From assembly GCF_006345805.1 (NCBI RefSeq), contig NC_042997.1, positions 97,774,001 to 97,838,000 of the forward strand: a stretch of DNA of 64,000 bases, read 5' to 3'. Of the stretch, positions 10,540 through 23,581 are shown in pieces (the stretch's first letter is position 1; each line of letters starts with the position of its first letter). The stretch is from Octopus sinensis. Lineage: Eukaryota. Position numbers and translations under genes: made by a program. Under the pieces are notes generated by a model, which was given only the letters and a program-made list of their open reading frames with translations, searched no databases and was not told the origin of the DNA.

Positions 10540-11750
10540 TCTAGTATATATAAATCACTATGTATATGTATTGACAAACGCATACATTTCCACAATTCTC
10601 AACCGATTTTCACCAAACTTTACACATACATAACATGTCTCAAGAATGGTCATGCACTATAACATTTTACCCAGAGCTTCTGTGTAAATGGACAAATTGG
10701 GAAAACAGTGGTTTACACAGCTTTTTCTCTAATTCATTGTGTGTACATAGTTTTTTGTATGTAGGGTCTTCCATACTTTTTTAATCTATACAATTGTGTA
10801 TTGGCATTAGAGAATATTTTTAGTGGTTTTCACATATTTTTGATTTATTTATTTATATGTTGAAATTGGTGCATTATTACTTGGTTAGAGAATATTATAA
10901 AAGTGAAAGGATTTTGTCTATTTATTTTGACTGTCCACCTGCAACAGTGATTAAACTGACTAGGAACACTGTACGCAATGAATACCCAGTACCAAACAAT
11001 CTTAATTGCTATATTTAAACTGCATTAAACTTTGGCAAGCTTATCTTTACCTATTCTGAGTTATTTGAAAGGTAATGTTCCCTTCCCTTTCTTATATTTG
11101 TTGGTACCATTGTTTACCTACCAATGCAGTGTGTCACTTTAAGGATGCACATTTACCCAGTCATTATGATATTTGAAATGCAACATCTTTTTGCTGTTAA
11201 CTACTAAAGATTCGAAGCAGTATTCATGAACTGAAATCCAACTTTTTATGTCTTCATTTTTCATGACCTGAAGTCAATTTCAGAGTGGTCATACATTGTA
11301 AGCATGTAGAAAATACATTCCTTTAACTCTATTTGAATGTACCAATCATGTTTCTCTCTGAAAAAATAGCTCCCTCTGCTGTTGAATAAAATAAACTCAC
11401 ATAGGGGAAGTTTCAACATCTTCTTTCAATTTCCTTTCACCATTTGTGACTTTCTGACAAGAAATTTTGCTTTCATGTAAAACAACTATATTTTGTAGCA
11501 TTATCTGTAATCTACTCCCAAAACACTTCAGTAGCTCTACTTTGCATTGCTTGCAAACTTAAATATTCTGTGATCATTAAAGTGCAACAACCTCCGCAAT
11601 AACCAGCCTTCAATTTGGTTTTCCGTTTGTAGGTTAATCGAGAACATAGATTGCCGTACTACTCATAAACCTTGGTAGGTTAATAATTTGAAAAAAAAAA
11701 AATACTACCAAAGCAACTTAAACTGTCCAAACGATAGGTGTGTTTGCTAG
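10540..11750 (+). mobile_element. Possible degraded non-autonomous Helitron
   Basis: A|TCTAGTATATATAAA start; ttctcaaccgattttcaccaaactttacacatac resembles the element at 21567; candidate CTAG|T end at 11750 but the hairpin is unclear. Confidence 0.3.
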
Positions 11751-12424
11751 TACCATGTTTCAGAATTTTTTGTTCATTTTTGTTGTATCAAATCTTTTAT
11801 ACACTGTCAGAATTTTCTTGATTGCTTTTTATTTTATTTTTTTTTTCTGTGAAGTTCAGTAATAAATACATTCAGAGTTGAGTGTTTTATTGATAAAACC
11901 ATTTTTCTTTCCCATTAAAGTTCTTAAGGATTGGAATTTCAATATTGAACTCTTCTTAATTGTTTGATTTGTTCAGCTATGGGAACTAGGTCATTGTATT
12001 GAAGATTTCCCACACAACCTGTCTTAAACATTATTTGTTAAAGGCCGGAAGACAGAGAATAGTACTTTGATGGATAGTTAAATAAATTCCTCAATGAATT
12101 CATTGTTAACTCTTATTTTGTTGACACACTTGTATGTAGCGTTCATAACTTTTACATGTGATACATCAATATCTCATGCTCTTTAGAGTGGTGGTCACAA
12201 AGAAAATGTTACTCTGTCAATCTTCTATTGGGTCAGAGAATACTAAGTATAGTTAGCTGAGAAATTCTATTGTCTCAATAAAAAGTGGCTGTTGCCAGTT
12301 CTTTGTCCTCTCACAAACCCAAACTGTATCTTAAGCTAATTATCTCCCTTGTTAGAGGTGATATCTAATGTTTTAAAAAAAAAAAATGTTTGTCATGACG
12401 GGATATTACTTTGAGGAATTTTAG

Positions 12425-12726
12425 TTGAACTAATCAGGCCCAGCACTTATTTTCTTTTTTAAGCCTGGTACTTATTCTGCCAGTCTCTTTACTGGACTGT
12501 TAAGTTACAGGGATGTAAACACACCAAAACCAGTTATCAAGCAGTGGTGGAGGAGGACACATACAATGGGTTTCTTTCCGTTTTTATCTTCCAAATCTAC
12601 TCACAAGGCTTTGGTTGGCTTGAGGCTGTAGTAGAAGACACTTGCCCAAGGTGCCATACAGTAGGAGTGAACCCAGAACCTTGTGACTGGGAAGCAAAAT
12701 TCTTACCACAGAGCCACACCTGCGCC
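12425..12726 (-). mobile_element. SINE type B1
   Basis: Homology to the copy at 18158. Confidence 0.7.
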
Positions 12727-12888
12727 TATATCTTGAATTAATTTAAAATGCTTGATTGCTTTTGATGTAATAAGAGAAAATGTGTAGTCTACTTGTTTAT
12801 ACAAAGTTTGTACCTATTCTATTGTCATTTAGTTTTTGGTACATCTCAGTTTGCCTTTCATTTTTATTGTCGCCTTATTGATTCCTTG

Positions 12889-13126
12889 TGGAGGCATGTG
12901 GCTTAGTGGTTAGGGTGTCAGCATCATGATCATAAGATTGTGGTTTCGATTCCTGGACCGGGCGACACGTTGTGTTCTTGAGGAAAACACTTCATTTCAC
13001 GTTGCTCCAGTCCACTCAGCTGACAAAAATGAGTAATGCTGCGATGGACTGGTGTCCTGTCCAGCTGGGGAACACATATGCCATAGAAACCGGGAAACTG
13101 GGCCCATGAGCCTGGCTAGGCTTTAA
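12889..13126 (+). mobile_element. SINE type D (tRNA head, CORE-like and V-domain-like blocks)
   Basis: ggaggcatgtggcttagtggttaggg A box, gtttcgattcc B box, ctgcgatggactggtgtcctgtccag block. Confidence 0.8.
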
Positions 13127-13341
13127 CCCTTTCGTTACCGTATTTATTTTGAGATATTCTGTGTTTCTTTCAATTACATTAAATATAACAAAGAATTTAG
13201 TAAAATAACTTTATCATTAAGCTAGTGTTAGGAACATAAATTGTGACTAAGGTTTGGTGGAAGATTTTAATTCAAAACTTATGAAAAGACATTTGTACTC
13301 AAAGCAAGATCCCGGTTTCAGCCAGGTTGGTACTGGAAGGG
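13127..13341. mobile_element. MITE family M1, 215 bp, TTAA TSD
   Basis: ttaa|ccctttcgttacc...ggtactggaaggg|ttaa. Confidence 0.85.
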
Positions 13342-13494
13342 TTAAAAGGGCACATTTATTTTATTGATTCCTTAGCATTTGATGCATCAGCATTTAATCT
13401 CCACTTTCCCATGTTTGCATGGAGCAAACAGAATTTGCTGAGGTTTTTCTATGATTGGATGGCCTTCCTGTTGCTAACCCAGTTGGATATCTTT

Positions 13495-13865
13495 CCCATC
13501 ATAGACTGTGGCCATGCTGGGGCACTGCTTTGAAGAATTTTAATCAAATGAATTGACACCAATACTTTTATTTTAGGCCTGGTATTTATCCAATTGGTTT
13601 CTTTGAACCATTAAGTTATGGGGATGTAAACACACCAACACCAGTTGCCAAGCAGTAGTTAAGGACAAACACAGACATGACACACATACATACGGCGACC
13701 TTTCAGTTTCTGTCTACCAGATCTACTCACAAGGCTTTAGTTGACCCGAAGCTATATATATATATATATATAATGTACAAGACACTTGCACAAATTGCCA
13801 TGCTGTAGGACTGGACCTGGAACCATTTGGTTATGAAGCGAACTTCTTTCCACACGGCCATGCCT
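13495..13865 (-). mobile_element. SINE type B1
   Basis: Full head, core, (TA)n and tail in reverse orientation. Confidence 0.75.
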
Positions 13866-13992
13866 ATGGGGGAAAAAAAAATCCATGTCTGGGTAAAAAA
13901 TAATTCTTAACCATTTTGTGGTCATGTGCTTAATGAAATTTACTATATTTTACAATTTGTTTTGAAAATAAAATTTTAGAGGGATTTATTAA

Positions 13993-15071
13993 CCCTTTCG
14001 TTACCAAACCGCCTGAAAAAAATTTTGGTTTATGAGACCAAACCGCCCAAAGCCGCCCGAATTTACCTATTCATATTTAAATGAGAATATCAGAGCAAAT
14101 CTCTTCAGTACATTCGTGAAAACACGTATTATACTTCGTAAACAGTTCAACTACAGTTTTGTACAATAATCGAAGTGTAATTTTAATTCCGTGAATTTTG
14201 GGAGATTTTTTTTCCGAAATTTGTTCCTATTGTGTTTTCAAAATTTGTAATTCTGACAAAAAATGGATACGAATTTCATTGTGTCAAGCAGCGAGTCAGA
14301 ATTCGAAGGATTTTCTACTGAAGACCTTCATAAATCTAACTCTATGACTGAAAAAAAAAAATGCATGTGGTATTTGATAATGAATCTGATGTTTCATTTT
14401 CCGAAAGTGAAAACAGTGAATCTGAGATCTCCGATAGCGATAAAGAAAACGAATTGGCACCTGAATGGAGTGAAAATTTAAAAACTGTTTCTTTCGGTGA
14501 TTTTTCTGAAGAAACTGGACCAAGCCACAGACTTTCCCAGAAGAGTAAAGCCTTAAACTATTTCTTTTTACTTTTTCGAATGAGCCCATTTGAAATCATT
14601 ACAGCGAAAACGAACCGTTATGCTAAACGTAAACAAAGCGAGAGAAACGATAGTTTGTGGTTTCCCACAACCTTAAATGAAATTAAGACTATTTTGCCAT
14701 AAATATTATTATGGGTATCAGAAAGTTACCCAGAATAACAAATTCTATCGTTAAATTTTCTTGTATACCCAATTGAATATTAGCTAATAACCCATTTTCT
14801 ATAGCGATGTTTGAACAAAATTTTAATAATTTTATATATTGTTGAATTTACCTGTATCTACCTGCAATTACAGTCACTTTGTGACAAAAATTATAGTATA
14901 GAATTGGTTGAGAACATTTCATTAAATTATCTTCCAAAAATCAGATTAATATATCGATAAATAAAAAAGTTATAGTTGTTTAATGAAACCAGACTAAATT
15001 TATGATTACGTTAGAAATTAATTGAAACACATAAGGGGTGTAATTTGGTCAGAAATATAGTAACGAAAGGG
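13993..15071 (+). mobile_element. Internally deleted piggyBac transposon
   Basis: TTAA TSDs at 13989-13992 and 15072-15075; perfect 12-bp TIR ccctttcgttac; broken ORFs 14263-14750 with an acidic N-terminus and YFFLLF..EIIT..TNRYA..WFPTT..EIK..INIIMGIRKLP, typical of the piggyBac transposase N-terminus; DDD core missing. Confidence 0.9.
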
Positions 15072-15099
15072 TTAAGCTAGTTTACTTTCCCTTTATTAA

Positions 15100-15310
15100 C
15101 CCTTTCACTTTCAGATTACTCAGTCAAATGTAATACTCTCTTATATTGTTTTGAAATAATCATGCATTATCTTGTAGCTTTGAGATTTCAATGATGTGAT
15201 TATTTTTAGAATCACATTGTAGGATAGGTATGAGATGCTGGATTTGGCTAGTTTGAACAGAAAACAGGTAGAATATTTGGGTTGGACATGGCCAGGTTAA
15301 ATGCCTGGAA
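15100..15310. mobile_element. MITE family M2
   Basis: ttaa|ccctttca.. start and M2 interior. Confidence 0.65.
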
Positions 15311-15688
15311 TATAATTTAATGTTTTTAGAAAAAATTTTGAAGGAAAGTTATAATTTAAATATGAGCATTTTAAATTGTGTAGTTTTGTATATTGGAACC
15401 AGGGTTTAGTTCCAAGTAGATTGGTATCAAAGGATGAAGTATATTACCTTTTTTTTTTTTTTGTTGTAGCTTCCATCTTATTTTGTATCAGTCAGATAGA
15501 AAGACATGAAATTAATAGTTAATGACTTGTCATATACTGATTACAAAAGTGTTGAGCAACTTAGTTGATTTATTCACACCAATATTACAAGTGAAATATT
15601 AGTTAATTAGTTGATGATTGTTGTTTGCTCTGTAAATTTGTAATTATACAGAGAATTTATTTACCAAATATTTTTTATTTCATTGAAG

Positions 15689-15889
15689 GTCCAAGTTTTG
15701 TGATTGACACTGCTTGTTCTTCAAGCTTACTTGCTATGGACCAGGCCCTAATGAGCATACGAATGGGCTTGTGTGATGCTGCTCTTGTTGGAGGTACTAG
15801 TCTTTGTTTAAAACCTACAACATCCCTACAGTTCAAGAAATTGAATATGGTTTCTGAGGATGGCTGTTCTAAATCCTTTGATGCATCAG
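15689..15889 (+). CDS. FASN: FASN exon 4 (KS catalytic Cys)
   Basis: GPSFVIDTACSSSL...SKSFDAS; 201 nt. Confidence 0.97.
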
Positions 15890-16011
15890 GTAAGTTTCAG
15901 GGCTTTTATATTTAATTTCTTCTTTTTTATTCCATTTTTATTTCCATTTGTTTGATGTTTTCTGTATTCTATTTGAGCTTTACCAAATAATTCTGTAAAA
16001 CTATTTTTCAG

Positions 16012-16134
16012 CAAATGGTTATGTTCGTAGTGAAGCTGTTGTTGTAATTTTTCTTCAGAAAGCTAAAAATGCAAAACGTATTTATGCCACCCTTGTACAT
16101 TCTAAAAACAATGCTGATGGCAATAAAGAAAGAG
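16012..16134 (+). CDS. FASN: FASN exon 5 (KS)
   Basis: ANGYVRSEAVVVIFLQK...NNADGNKER; 123 nt; not in the ORF track. Confidence 0.95.
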
Positions 16135-16289
16135 GTAAATTGGTTTCTTTTTTTCACATCAGGATTTCTTTCTTGTAGTTAGGTTTTCACATAAGAATTT
16201 CTTTTTTGTAGTTAGGAGCTGATTTTGATGTTGTATGGCAATGAGCTGTGGGCCTTTTTAATAAGGAAAAATTTTCAGGGGCTACCGGG

Positions 16290-16480
16290 AGATAAAGTGA
16301 GCTTGCTCAACTATGTGATGTCAGTGTGCATTAGAAGTATACTATGAGTTAGTTGAGGAAGGGACTGGATATAGATAGAAGCAAATATGGTGTACAAGAG
16401 AGGACTATGATGGTATGATCGTGTAATACATATGGAAGATGTTGGTTATATAAAGAGGTGGTAAGTGCTCCAAGTGTAAA
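16290..16480 (+). mobile_element. RTE-LINE ORF C-terminal fragment (degraded)
   Basis: Broken translation resembling CDVSVH..LR..LDI...GVQER..W..HV..M; homologous to 44320-44751. Confidence 0.55.
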
Positions 16481-17501
16481 GATGCATGGCTTAATGGATG
16501 ATTGTAAGATTGTGGCTTCAGTTCCTGGGCTGGGCAATGCATTGTGTTCTTGAGCTAAACACTTCATTACATGTTGCTCACCCAACTGAAAGAAATGAGT
16601 AATTTTGTGAAGGACAGTTCCATCATTATCATTGTCATTTAACGTCCACTCTCCATGACATGGAGTTGGCTAGCAGGGAGCTGTCCAGACTCAAGCTGTC
16701 TGAAGCATGGTTTCTATGGCTGGATGCCCTTCTTAATGCCAACCACTTAAGTGTGCTGGGTGCTTTTTGTGTGCCACCAGCATCCTATGGGTTAATAAAT
16801 AAATGTCACAATCTGGGAAACTGGTTTTATGAAACTATGGCTCAGAAAGGACCTTTCATCTTTGAAATACTCCAGGTTGATGGAGCTTGTGGATGAGGGA
16901 AACAGAGGATGTGATATGATAGGTAATGACTAGTTTGAGTGGAAAGGGGTTAGCTTCATGAAGGAAATGAAAGAGGGGATTTTTATAATCAATACAATTT
17001 CTTGGGTTAGAGAGAAAACCTGTATTCAAAGGGTTTAAGGACTAAAATCCAGTATATTATAACTCTAAGAATATGTTTAGTAACATTTTTATTGCTGTAT
17101 TACTTTGGTTCTCTTTGTTTTCAAGAACAATGAAGACATTTGTAATGATTTTTGTATGTTTTTTTTTGTCTCTGTTTCTGTCCAAATTTTTTCTGTATTT
17201 GTACATAAACCACAACAAAAGTAGAAAGCTCTTGGCAAGTTGAGCTTCTGACTCGTCTTTTTTTCCATCTCACTAATACAAAGTGAGATGGAAGTTACAA
17301 ACAAAAATTAGATGTGTGAAATTAATAGAGTATATGACCTCATATACTTTTAATCACTAAAATGTTAAGTAATTTAGTCTATGCACACCAACATTAAGTG
17401 AAATATTGGTTAATTAGTTAATTGTATTTATCATATTGTATAATAAATGCTATATAATTAATTGATTGTATAATAAATTTTTCTATTTTTTTTTATATCA
17501 G

Positions 17502-17732
17502 GTATTACATTTCCGTCAGGAGAGGTCCAGAAAAAATTAATTACAGAAGTATATTCAGAAGCTGGAGTTGATCCTAAAAATGTGGCCTATGTTGAAGCAC
17601 ATGGTACTGGAACACAAGCAGGAGATCCTCAAGAACTCAACACCATTGCTGATGTATTTTGTAAAGGAAGAGATGGGCCACTGTTTGTTGGATCAACAAA
17701 ATCTAACATGGGACACCCTGAACCTGCATCAG
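17502..17732 (+). CDS. FASN: FASN exon 6 (KS His residues)
   Basis: GITFPSG...[15 protein letters not shown]...[11 protein letters not shown]; 231 nt. Confidence 0.97.
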
Positions 17733-17871
17733 GTAAAATGATATTTGAAACTATTGCCATTCATTGACAGCTGTGAATAACTAGGCCAAGTATGTCTGGT
17801 AGTCAGTTGAGAAGTACAGAGGCTTCATTGTCACTACATTTTGTTAATTAGAAACTTTTTTCTTAGCAGAA

Positions 17872-18045
17872 AAGATGCATGGCTCAGTAGTTTTAGAGCA
17901 TCAAGCTTACAATTGTGAGGTTGTGAATTTGATTCCCTGACTGGGCTTTGTGTTGTGTTCTTAAGCAAGACACTTTTTTTTCACATTACTCCAATTCACT
18001 CAGCTGTAGAAATGAGTTGTGACATCACTGATGCCAAGCTGTGTT
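17872..18045 (+). mobile_element. SINE type D (partial)
   Basis: tggctcagtagttttagag head; ttgtgttcttaagcaagacact core. Confidence 0.7.
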
Positions 18046-18157
18046 TGCTTTCATAAACTGTAAACATTTATATTCATTCATCAAATAACTTCCAAATTTG
18101 CAATCTCTATCTCTAAAATAATAATCCCTTCCCTTTTTGCTTAACTACATATATATA

Positions 18158-18571
18158 TACTCTTTACTCTTTTACTTGTTTCAGTCATTTGACAGCGGCC
18201 ATGCTGGAGCACCGCCTTTAGTCAAGCAAAGCGACCCCGGGACTTATTCTTTGTAAGCCCAGTACTTATTCTATCGGTCTCTTTTGCCGAACCGCTAAGT
18301 GACGGGGACATAAACACACCAGCATCAGTTGTCAAGCAATGCTAGAGGGACAAACACAGACACACAAACATATACATACACATACATATATATATATATA
18401 CATATATACAACAGGCTTCTTTCAGTTTCCGTCTACCAAATCCACTCACAAGGCATTGGTCAGCCCGGGGCTATAACAGAAGAAATTTGCCCAAGATGCC
18501 ACGCAGTGGGACTGAACCCAGAACCATGTGGCTGGTTAGCAAGCTACTTACCACACAGCCACTCCTGCGCC
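18158..18571 (-). mobile_element. SINE type B1, well-preserved full-length copy
   Basis: Reverse strand: ggcgcaggagtggctgtgtggtaagtag head, ggttcagtccc B box, core, (TA/TG)n, gtaaaagagta tail; tatatatatac on both flanks. Confidence 0.88.
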
Positions 18572-18996
18572 TATATATATACATATTTCTTACCATTTGC
18601 TAAAATAATTTCTTTCTTGTCTGTATCTCTCTTCTTTCTTGTTGCAACGGCTACTCCCTGCTATTTCTATTTCAAGCTTAGAGCAAAGTCTGCCAACTTC
18701 ATCCATTTCCGGCTGTTGCCTCCATGCCTGTCTCCCACCTTCAAACTTTCATTAGTTTATTCCACTTGAAAATATGTGCAGCTAAGCTAAGAATTCCTCT
18801 CATTTTTAATTACCTCATTCATTCAACTCATCTATTCTCTATGCTTCTGTATTAGCATTATCATGCATTGGAGAATATATTATTTCTGTATCTTTCAATA
18901 CATCTCAACACTTCTAAAGCAAACTTTTCATTTACTTTCATCATAAGTTGAATTCTTTGTTCTGCCACTAAAATTACTAACCTTGTCTCTTGGCTA

Positions 18997-19232
18997 CATC
19001 ATCATCGTCATCATCATCGTTTAATGTCCGTTCTCCATGCTAGCATGGGTTGGACGGTTTAACTGGGGTCTGGGAAGCCAGAAGGCTGCACCAGGCTCCA
19101 GTCTTATCTGGCAATGTTTCTACAGCTGGATGCCCTTCCTAACGCCAACCACTCCGTGAGTGTAGTGGGTGCTTTTTACGTGCCACCTGCACAGGTGCCA
19201 GGCGAGGCTGGCAACGGCCACGGTCGGATTGG
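18997..19232 (-). mobile_element. 5'-truncated RTE-LINE 3' end
   Basis: (CAT)n tail plus the conserved 3' block. Confidence 0.85.
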
Positions 19233-19781
19233 AGATATAGTTTTGACTATATTGTGAAAGTTAAGTAAATATTCTATTTGATCTGCACTTAGTTCTTCAT
19301 ACCATAAGAAAAGGATATATGGTTTAGTAAACTTGCTCAGTTATAATCTTTCCATAAAGAATTCTGATTTGTATCAATGTATAAGAGTGATGAGGAATTA
19401 CTAGATTGTTAGGAGTATCTTAAGCGTGATTTTTTGATCTGTAATAGACCAGCTTGTGGGTTTAACTCGTTAACCTTTAAGCCAACCATATCCAGTCTAA
19501 ATATTTGACCTGTTTTATGTTCATACTGGCCAGATCTGGCCTCTCACACTTACCCTACAATGTCATTCTAAAAATAATCAATCACATCATTAATGAAATA
19601 GATGCCATAATACATGAATAATATGAAACATGTATAAAAGAAGTATTACATCTGTTGAGTTAATCTGAAATCCAAAGGGTGAAGATTCTTAAATTTATTG
19701 ACCTTAAACCAAAGTCATCATTTTTACCATTCACTTACAATTTTTTCTAAATCTCTGTTTTATCTTTTGTTTTCCCTCCAG

Positions 19782-20221
19782 GTTTGGCTGCTTTAGCTAA
19801 AGTCATCATTGCTATGGAAGATGGAATGATTCCTGCAAACTTACATTATAAAGAACCAAATCCTGAAATTCCAGGTTTAATTGATGGTCGGTTGAAGGTG
19901 GTGACAGAAAGATTGCGCTGGAATGGTGGATATGTAGGAATCAATTCTTTTGGTTTTGGTGGATCAAACGTTCATGCTTTACTACGTTCCTACCCAACTG
20001 AAAAGCCTGTCCCACATCCTGCTTCTGACATGGCAAGATTGGTAACATTTGCTGGCCGTACTGAACAGGCTATATATGATGCCATGGAAATTGTCAAGCA
20101 AAGAAAGCATGATGTTGATTTCCAAGCCCTTATGCAAGAGACAATTTTACTCTCCACAAATAATAAACCTTACCGTGGATATGCTTTTCTTAATATGGAA
20201 GATACTGAAATACGTATTGAG
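19782..20221 (+). CDS. FASN: FASN exon 7 (KS end, linker)
   Basis: GLAALAKV...GINSFGFGGSNVH...EIRIE; 440 nt; donor gttaga. Confidence 0.95.
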
Positions 20222-20232
20222 GTTAGAACAAT

Positions 20233-20445
20233 TACTCTTTTACTATTTTACTTGTTTCAGTCATTTGACTGTGGCCATGCTGGAGCATCGCCTTTAGTCG
20301 AGCAAGTCGACCCCAGGATTTATTCTTTGGAAGCCTAGTACTTATTCTATTGGTCTCTTTTGCCGAACCGCTAAGTTACGGGCATGTAAACACACCAGCA
20401 TCGGTTGTCAAGCGATGTTGAGGGAACAAACACACACGCAGACAT

Positions 20446-20450
<5 letters not shown>
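20233..20450 (-). mobile_element. SINE type B1 3' half
   Basis: ttactcttttact..gtttcagtcatttgactgtggccatgctggagc tail; leads into a (CA)n tract. Confidence 0.8.
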
Positions 20451-20490
<40 letters not shown>

Positions 20491-20567
20491 ACAACACACA
20501 CACACACAACACACACACACACACACACACACCACACACACCACACACACACACACACACACACCAC

Positions 20568-20602
<35 letters not shown>

Positions 20603-20648
20603 CACACACACACACACACTCTCTCTCTTACTACTACTACTACTACTA
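20451..20648. repeat. Interrupted (CA)n plus (CT)n/(TAC)n microsatellite
   Basis: Direct reading. Confidence 0.97.
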
Positions 20649-21566
20649 GAATTGTAGTTTTGTTTGTGCTTTGCATTGTTTTATGAATGCCATAGAGAAG
20701 TTAGACTCTGAGTAAGCAATTTAGATTACCTCATTTCCGTTTTTCAGCTAAAAAACATCAACTTTAGCTGGTGTTTTTAGCTGAAGAAAAAAAAATTAAG
20801 AACTGTTTCTTGTACAACAAATACTGAACATTGTGTATTGAAGTTTTAATTATATATTTAGCTGACTTAGTTGCATTATAAATATAAAACCTGTTTAAAC
20901 ATTCAGTTGAAGTAATTGTTTTCAGTTATTCTTCCTGTTGCTAACTTCTCACTTGTAAACTTGGAAGTAAAACCTATTTTTATTTAGACAAACATTTCTT
21001 CACAATACAATAGGTATAATTAATTTAAATACTTGTTCTTGAGCTACAGTAAACTGCACCAGATGATTTGACAAAGCTTTTTCTCTAGGAAACCGGAATG
21101 TGTTAAAATTGTAAAAACTGTTTGGTGGTGTGTTAGTTGTGTTTTTACATGCATGCAAAATAATTTAGTTCTTAACTGATATTAGTATCGACTTGCAGTC
21201 ATGCACCAAATCTGTTTGGTCTGCGATTTAAATCCAGTTGTATCCTCTGTAGTCTTCTAGTGTAATTTTGATATTACTGTCCAACCCATGCCAGCATGGA
21301 AAATGGATGTTAAATGATGTTTAACTGCTGTATACAAACAGGGTGGTATATGATCTTATGAACCACAGTAAATAAGCAATTTTTAGACAACCTAATTCAA
21401 TAATAGAATAAATTTTATTTTTTAGTATCTCAATGAAACTAATTGTGTATTCTTATAAACACTGAAATGTCTTAAAATAGTTAATTTTCAGTTGGCTGGG
21501 TGTGGCTGTAAATGTATATACACTATTATTTGTATGGAATAAGGTCTGTTGTTGTCACTTTTGAAA

Positions 21567-21942
21567 TCTCTCTATATATAAACGGCAGTTTGTCTGTGCG
21601 TGTTTCTGTGTGTCTGTTTTCTCGTACCCTCACCCTGACCACGGCTTTCAATCGATTCCGATGAAACTTGACACACACATAGCCCAATGTCATAATTTAA
21701 AACTAACACAGCGAAAATTTTGAAAAGTTCCCCCAGTTCTGAAAAAAATCGATAAATTCGACATGGGGTCGAGAATCAGAAACACAAACTGTCTAGGGGA
21801 CGCAACTCCACCTTTTTTAACTAAAAAAAAAATTTACCATCATTTTTTTCCATCTTTTTGCTATTTTTTGGCTATAACTCTCTAAAAATGCTTTATAGTT
21901 ATTTCCCTTACAAACCTGAGCAACGCCGGGCGATACTGCTAG
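21567..21942 (+). mobile_element. Non-autonomous Helitron-like element (376 bp)
   Basis: 5' A|TC, 3' CTAG|T, subterminal GC-rich hairpin cctgagcaacgccggg, no TSD. Confidence 0.8.
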
Positions 21943-22837
21943 TGTAGAATAAATTGTTGCATGGAATCACGTTTAGGCTTTTAAGGATCAGTTCATATTG
22001 GTGCTTCACTTGATCTTTAGATACCTTTATTAATTACAATGAGAAGGCACAGTCCTAATCCTTTAGCATTTTAAATGGCCCAAATATTGTACTTGTTTTA
22101 TGTTCAAAATGGCCAGATCTGGCCTCTGACACTTACCCTTCAATGTCATTTTAAAAATATAGTCACATCATAGAAATCTCAATACTACAAGATAATGCAT
22201 GATTAATTCAAAACAATGTATTACATTTGACAAAGTATGCTAGAGTTGAGCTGTAAAATACACCATCATTGGCAAGCATTCCAGATCTTTGGAGCCAGAG
22301 AAATGCAATTGAGAACAATCCCATTGTATCTTTCAAACTCTTAGTATAAAGATGGGTTGTATCGATGCCTTGACAACTTAAATTTACAGGATATTGCTGC
22401 CCTATAAGTAGCCTTTTATTGTGATTAGGCATCCTGGGCGAGTGTCTTCTACTATAGTCTTTGAAGTAGATTTGGTTGACAGAAATTGAAAGAAGCCCAT
22501 TTTGTGTGCAAGCATGAGTGTGTTTGTCAATGTTTTACATTTGTGACACTCAAGAAATAACCATGCTACAAATAATAAAATGAAAAACAATTTTTCCTGT
22601 CAACAAACTGTTAGTTTTGCATCTTTAAAAATGTTTGGAATAGGAGATACCTTACTTGAAAAACAGGCATGGGTTTGCAACTAGAAGGGCATATTTGTTT
22701 CACCCATGCTAGCATAAAAATTGGTTGTGAAAATGAATGAAAAAAAGTTTTTTTTTTATAAAAAGAAAATTAATCATATCAGAAAATGGAAATTCAATAA
22801 TTTTGCAGTTTCAGAATTTAAAGAGCATTTAAAACAT

Positions 22838-23026
22838 ATGTGGGGGTCTTGCAAAAAGGCCTGGTTGGAGGCCCAACCCGTTTTTTTTTTTTTTAACAGG
22901 GCTTAGAAAAACAAGGATCGTTGCAATAGGTGTGTGTGCATCTGAAAGGGAAATATGTTCAATAAAACCATAATTGATCCTCCTGTATTTTCTTTTACCC
23001 AAACCCAGGAACTTTTCAGCACACCT
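22838..23026. mobile_element. Mariner-type MITE (degraded)
   Basis: ccaggaacttttcagcacacc terminus and interior shared with the copy at 54186. Confidence 0.6.
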
Positions 23027-23282
23027 TCTTTGTAATAGAAATCTGTTAAATAATACATTTTGTATTTAATTTCGATATTTCCAGTTCATTTGAAAATGCT
23101 TTCGAATATGTATTTGAATAATAGCAATTTTTAGACATTTCAAGATTTGTAATTACCTCATGGCAAGTTTTTGGCCTTCGTTTGTTAAAAAGCCAGGTCT
23201 ATTCAGATTTTGTTGGTTTTGTTACACATTTCTTCTCATGTAGAATTCTTTATTTAATATTAAATTTTAATTTTCTTATTAG

Positions 23283-23513
23283 AAATGTCCACCTGAAACC
23301 AGACCCATTTGGTTTGTATTTGCTGGAATGGGTTCACAATGGCCTGGAATGGGAAAAAGTCTCATGAAGCTTGATGTCTTCTACAGTTCTATTATGAAGT
23401 CTGATGCAGTGATTTCACCTCTTGGTATCAAACTAAGCCAAATTCTGCTTGAAGGAGATGAAAATATATTTCACAATGCCTTGTATTCTTTTGTGGGAAT
23501 TGCTGCTATCCAG
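23283..23513 (+). CDS. FASN: FASN exon 8 (MAT start)
   Basis: KCPPETRPIWFVFAGMGSQWPGMG...GIAAIQ; 231 nt. Confidence 0.96.
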
Positions 23514-23581
23514 GTAAAGTGAGATAATAATTTTAGCAACTATCTTCTACCTCATACTCATTTAAATAATTTACTGAGATT

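Noticed and set aside
12889-12960. tRNA-like sequence (also at 1908, 9270, 17872, 41143)
   Set aside because: It has A and B boxes but no complete cloverleaf or acceptor stem, and continues into SINE core and tail. These are SINE heads, not tRNA genes.
20371-20686. Cys/Val- and His/Thr-rich ORFs
   Set aside because: Translations of the (CA)n microsatellite; the same applies at 62758-63260.
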